Assembly (NCBI GenBank): GCA_040390405.1
Contig: JAZJYJ010000005.1
Coordinates: 96,988-160,987 of the forward strand
Source: Bacteroidota bacterium
GTDB taxonomy: Bacteria > Bacteroidota > Bacteroidia > Chitinophagales > Chitinophagaceae
DNA: 64,000 bases
Direction: 5' to 3'
In this document: positions 61,078 to 64,000 of the stretch, one piece after another
How positions within the stretch are numbered: position 1 is the stretch's first letter
Layout: the number at the start of each line of letters is the position of its first letter
Position numbers and translations under genes: made by a program
Notes under the pieces: model-generated
The model's database searches: none
What the model was told of the DNA's origin: nothing
The model's input: the letters and a program-made list of their open reading frames with translations, nothing else

Positions 61078-63504
61078 TTATTTAATTCGCTTGCTTTCAC
61101 TTTCCAGCCCTGTTTTTCTGTCGCGTGCGGCTTTTACCTGGTTGCTTCCAAAACGGAAGGTGAAGCTTACACGTACGGTCTGGCTTTCCCATCTTCCATT
61201 TCCTTTAATATACAGTCCGCCAAAATCACTGGTAGCTGTCCATGGATTGGTGTGGAAAATATCGGTTACGGTTAGTTTCAATGTAGCTTTCTTCTGCATC
61301 AACTGTTTCTGGAAACCGAGATCAAGTCCACCCTGAGATTTTGTTTTCCAGGTAGCACCCCAGATATTCGGCCCGCTGAACCAGCCACTCAACTCCGCAC
61401 TGTAATCGTTGCCAAGGGTAAAGGTTTGTTGCATATACGCGCCATACAATGGAATTTCTGTATGTACCGCATTGGCGCCGATCTGACCATCAAAAATCTG
61501 GAAGTTGTACCATACGTTGGCATAACCACTCCACCATTTGGTAAATTTCAAAGGAGAGCCAACACTGAAACTGATGATCTGTTGGGTTGCCAGGTTTTTC
61601 TGTTGTACAAAAGTGGCATTGTTGGCAGTATCGGTTGTTTGTGTTGCATAATCTTTTACATGGCTGTAACCGATAGTAGTATTCAGCATGTATTTGTAGG
61701 TATGCGTTAATTCAATATTGTCGGTATACTGAGGACGTAAGAATGCATTTCCTTTTTCATAGGTCAATTCATCCAGTTTGTTTTCAAACGGATTTAGGTC
61801 CTGGTAGCTCGGCCTGTCAATTCTTCTGCTATAGGTCAGGTTAAATGTGTTTTTCTGGTTAGCGGTCCAGGTAACGGCGGCGCTTGGGAAAAGATTGATA
61901 TAATTTTTCTTAACGGCATTGTCTGCCTGAATTACACCATCGGCCCTTGTTAATACACCTTCGCTATTGGTTTGCTCAACACGTAAACCGGTTTGAATGC
62001 TCCATTTAGGCGTAAACTGGCGTTGGTAGTTTACATAGGCGGCATTTACATTCTCTTTGTAGGTAAAGCTGTTGCTTCTGCCCAGCTGTTTAACCGGTGT
62101 ACCATTAATATCATTAAAGAAGTCAAAGGTATTGGTTGTTTTTACATAAGAAAATTTAGCACCGTAACCGAATTTTCCTTTCCACATGGGCTGGTCAACA
62201 TCCACTTTTGCGGTGTAGATATCAATATCGGTTGGCGTATAATTCCGGTTGATCACCTGGTACAATGGACTGCCGGATTTATCTAAATAATAATTAGGCT
62301 GATAGCTGCGGCCAACGCCACGGAACAAGCCATAGTCGGCATCGAAATTGATCTCTTTGCCACTCGTATCCGCATAGCGGTAGTTCAGGTTAGAATTCAT
62401 ATTGGTTCTGTGACCTGGAATGGAATTAAAAGCCTGTAAAGTTTTTACGTAAGTAGATGTTGGCTGGTAGAATACATTGGTATTGCTGATGCTGCTCCAA
62501 TCTGTATTGCTGAAACTTCCGGTAACCAATACACCAATGGTGTGTTTGCTGTTGATGAAATAATCGGCACCGGCTTTCAAACTCAGGTTCTTATCGTTGT
62601 TACGGTTACTACTGCGTTGGTCGTAGATGGAGTCTTTCTGTACCCGGTACAGGTTAAGATCATTCTCATACATACCCAGGCTGCCACCCACATTACTGAA
62701 CAGGTTTACTTTCTGATCGCGGTAGTTCAGGTTTACAGAACCGTTCCCTTTTGGCGTAATACCTTGTACAAGACCGGTGGTAACACTACCATTGGTTCCG
62801 AATTTTTTATTCTTCTTTAAACGGATGTTAATGATACCGGCATTGCCGCTTGCGTCATACTTTGCACTCGGATTACTGATCATCTCAATTGCTTCCACAT
62901 CGTTGCTGTTGATGCTTTTGAGATAAGCGGCCAGGTCTTTGCTGTTCAGCTGGGTAGGTTTCCCATCAACATAGATCTTCACACCTGTTTTACCTTTCAT
63001 GGTAATGTTATCGTTGTTATCCACCTGGATGCCCGGGCTTTTCTGTAACAACTCCAAAGCATTACTGCCGGTGGCATTAATGCTGTTCTCAACATTAAAA
63101 ATGGTTTTATCCGCCTTGATCTCGATCATGGGTTTGCGGGAAGTAACCGTTACATCCTGCAGCTTTTTTGCCGCGGTTTGCAGGCCTACGGTTGCAGCCT
63201 GAAAATTTTGTCCGCCCTGGAGATCAAATGAAGAAGAGAATTTTTTTTCAAATCCGACAATGGAATAACTCAGTAAAAATTTTCCGCTCTTCTGCGAAAC
63301 TATCTGGAACTGTCCTTTGTCATCGGTAACATCTGCTTTTACCAGGCTGCTGTCTTTGGCCTGTAAAAGAGATACGGTAACAGCCTGCAAAGCCTTTCCG
63401 GTGTGGTCATTTACGGTGCCTGCAACCGTTGCCTTGCCTTGCGCGAAGCTTTCAGTTGTTGCGACCACCAGTGCCAATGCTGTCAATAATACGAAACGTC
63501 TCAT
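61078..63504 (-). CDS. TonB-dependent receptor / OMP beta-barrel family 3 protein
   Basis: Signal peptide, CarboxypepD-like domain, plug (ALELLQKSPG, NPSAKYDASGNAGIINI), RRIDRPSY..LNPF and SFTFRFG. Confidence 0.92.
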   Translation of the reverse strand: MRRFVLLTALALVVATTESFAQGKATVAGTVNDHTGKALQAVTVSLLQAKDSSLVKADVTDDKGQFQIVSQKSGKFLLSYSIVGFEKKFSSSFDLQGGQNFQAATVGLQTAAKKLQDVTVTSRKPMIEIKADKTIFNVENSINATGSNALELLQKSPGIQVDNNDNITMKGKTGVKIYVDGKPTQLNSKDLAAYLKSINSNDVEAIEMISNPSAKYDASGNAGIINIRLKKNKKFGTNGSVTTGLVQGITPKGNGSVNLNYRDQKVNLFSNVGGSLGMYENDLNLYRVQKDSIYDQRSSNRNNDKNLSLKAGADYFINSKHTIGVLVTGSFSNTDWSSISNTNVFYQPTSTYVKTLQAFNSIPGHRTNMNSNLNYRYADTSGKEINFDADYGLFRGVGRSYQPNYYLDKSGSPLYQVINRNYTPTDIDIYTAKVDVDQPMWKGKFGYGAKFSYVKTTNTFDFFNDINGTPVKQLGRSNSFTYKENVNAAYVNYQRQFTPKWSIQTGLRVEQTNSEGVLTRADGVIQADNAVKKNYINLFPSAAVTWTANQKNTFNLTYSRRIDRPSYQDLNPFENKLDELTYEKGNAFLRPQYTDNIELTHTYKYMLNTTIGYSHVKDYATQTTDTANNATFVQQKNLATQQIISFSVGSPLKFTKWWSGYANVWYNFQIFDGQIGANAVHTEIPLYGAYMQQTFTLGNDYSAELSGWFSGPNIWGATWKTKSQGGLDLGFQKQLMQKKATLKLTVTDIFHTNPWTATSDFGGLYIKGNGRWESQTVRVSFTFRFGSNQVKAARDRKTGLESESKRIK

Positions 63505-63616
63505 GGTTGTTAATTTTGTGCGTGTGAGACGCAAAGAACTTTGAAATGTTACAGCTAAAAGAGGTGATTAGGGATGAGTTGTCTAAATCAACGGATAAAC
63601 GGCAGAAAAAAAAGGA

Positions 63617-63647
63617 TAAAAAAACCGGCAGATTTTTTTCTGCCGGT
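63617..63647 (-). terminator. Terminator after mdh
   Basis: On +: aaaaaaaccggcaga ttttt ttctgccggt, i.e. hairpin followed by a U-tract on the minus strand. Confidence 0.75.
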
Positions 63648-63690
63648 CCTGTTTGTAGAACAGTCTTATCAATCACATGATCATGTGATT

Positions 63691-64000
63691 CTATAAAGTT
63701 TTCAATACATCATTCATGTTTCTCACTGCATCCGCGCTCTTGTTAAATGCGGCCTGCTCATCTGCATTCAATCCGAAATCAAGGATCTTCTCCCAGCCAT
63801 TCTTGCCAATCACAACAGGAACGCCCAGGCAGATATCTTTCTGTCCGTATTCGCCATCCAGGCTAACGCAGCAGGTGAAGAGTTTTTTCTCATCACGTAC
63901 AATGGCTTCTACCAATGCAGCACCCGCAGCACCTGGCGCATACCAGGCTGAAGTACCGAGCAATTTGGTCAAAGTTGCACCACCAACCATGGTATCGGCT
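63691..64000 (-). CDS. mdh: Malate dehydrogenase (3' part; begins beyond the window end)
   Basis: ADTMVGGATLTKLLGTSAWYAPGA...GEYG...GVPVVIGKNG. Confidence 0.95.
   Translation of the reverse strand, partial: ADTMVGGATLTKLLGTSAWYAPGAAGAALVEAIVRDEKKLFTCCVSLDGEYGQKDICLGVPVVIGKNGWEKILDFGLNADEQAAFNKSADAVRNMNDVLKTL

Overview
A chromosomal window from a Bacteroidota organism. A Chitinophagaceae-like origin is inferred from the SusC/SusD pair, TAnnTTTG -7 promoter boxes, DUF1573 genes and Bacteroidota-type mdh and tRNA. It is mostly housekeeping and metabolism: queE, folD, radC, prs-rplY-(inserted kinase)-pth, two fused alpha/beta 2-oxoacid dehydrogenase E1 genes, an aminotransferase, yebC, transporters and mdh. 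A tRNA(CAT) anchors a variable region at about 14.7-27 kb. That region holds a Tat-exported protein, a degenerate copy of the tRNA 3' end, a small-protein/nucleotidyltransferase pair, a four-gene PAS/histidine-kinase phosphorelay and a 131-bp MITE with an 8-bp target duplication. The most notable observations are these. (1) An ECF sigma / anti-sigma / Spy-like / YHYH / SCO / MORN-repeat operon, with a near-identical promoter-like motif before both the sigma gene and the YHYH gene; this is a candidate uncharacterised envelope copper module. (2) More than a dozen intergenic inverted repeats whose arms are 7-, 8- or 9-nt periodic, differing in unit sequence but sharing architecture and polarity. 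(3) A cold-shock protein that looks betaproteobacterial. (4) A candidate sRNA at about 42.4-42.5 kb. I saw no CRISPR array, rRNA, integrase or transposase. Family assignments come from motif recognition, not database searches.
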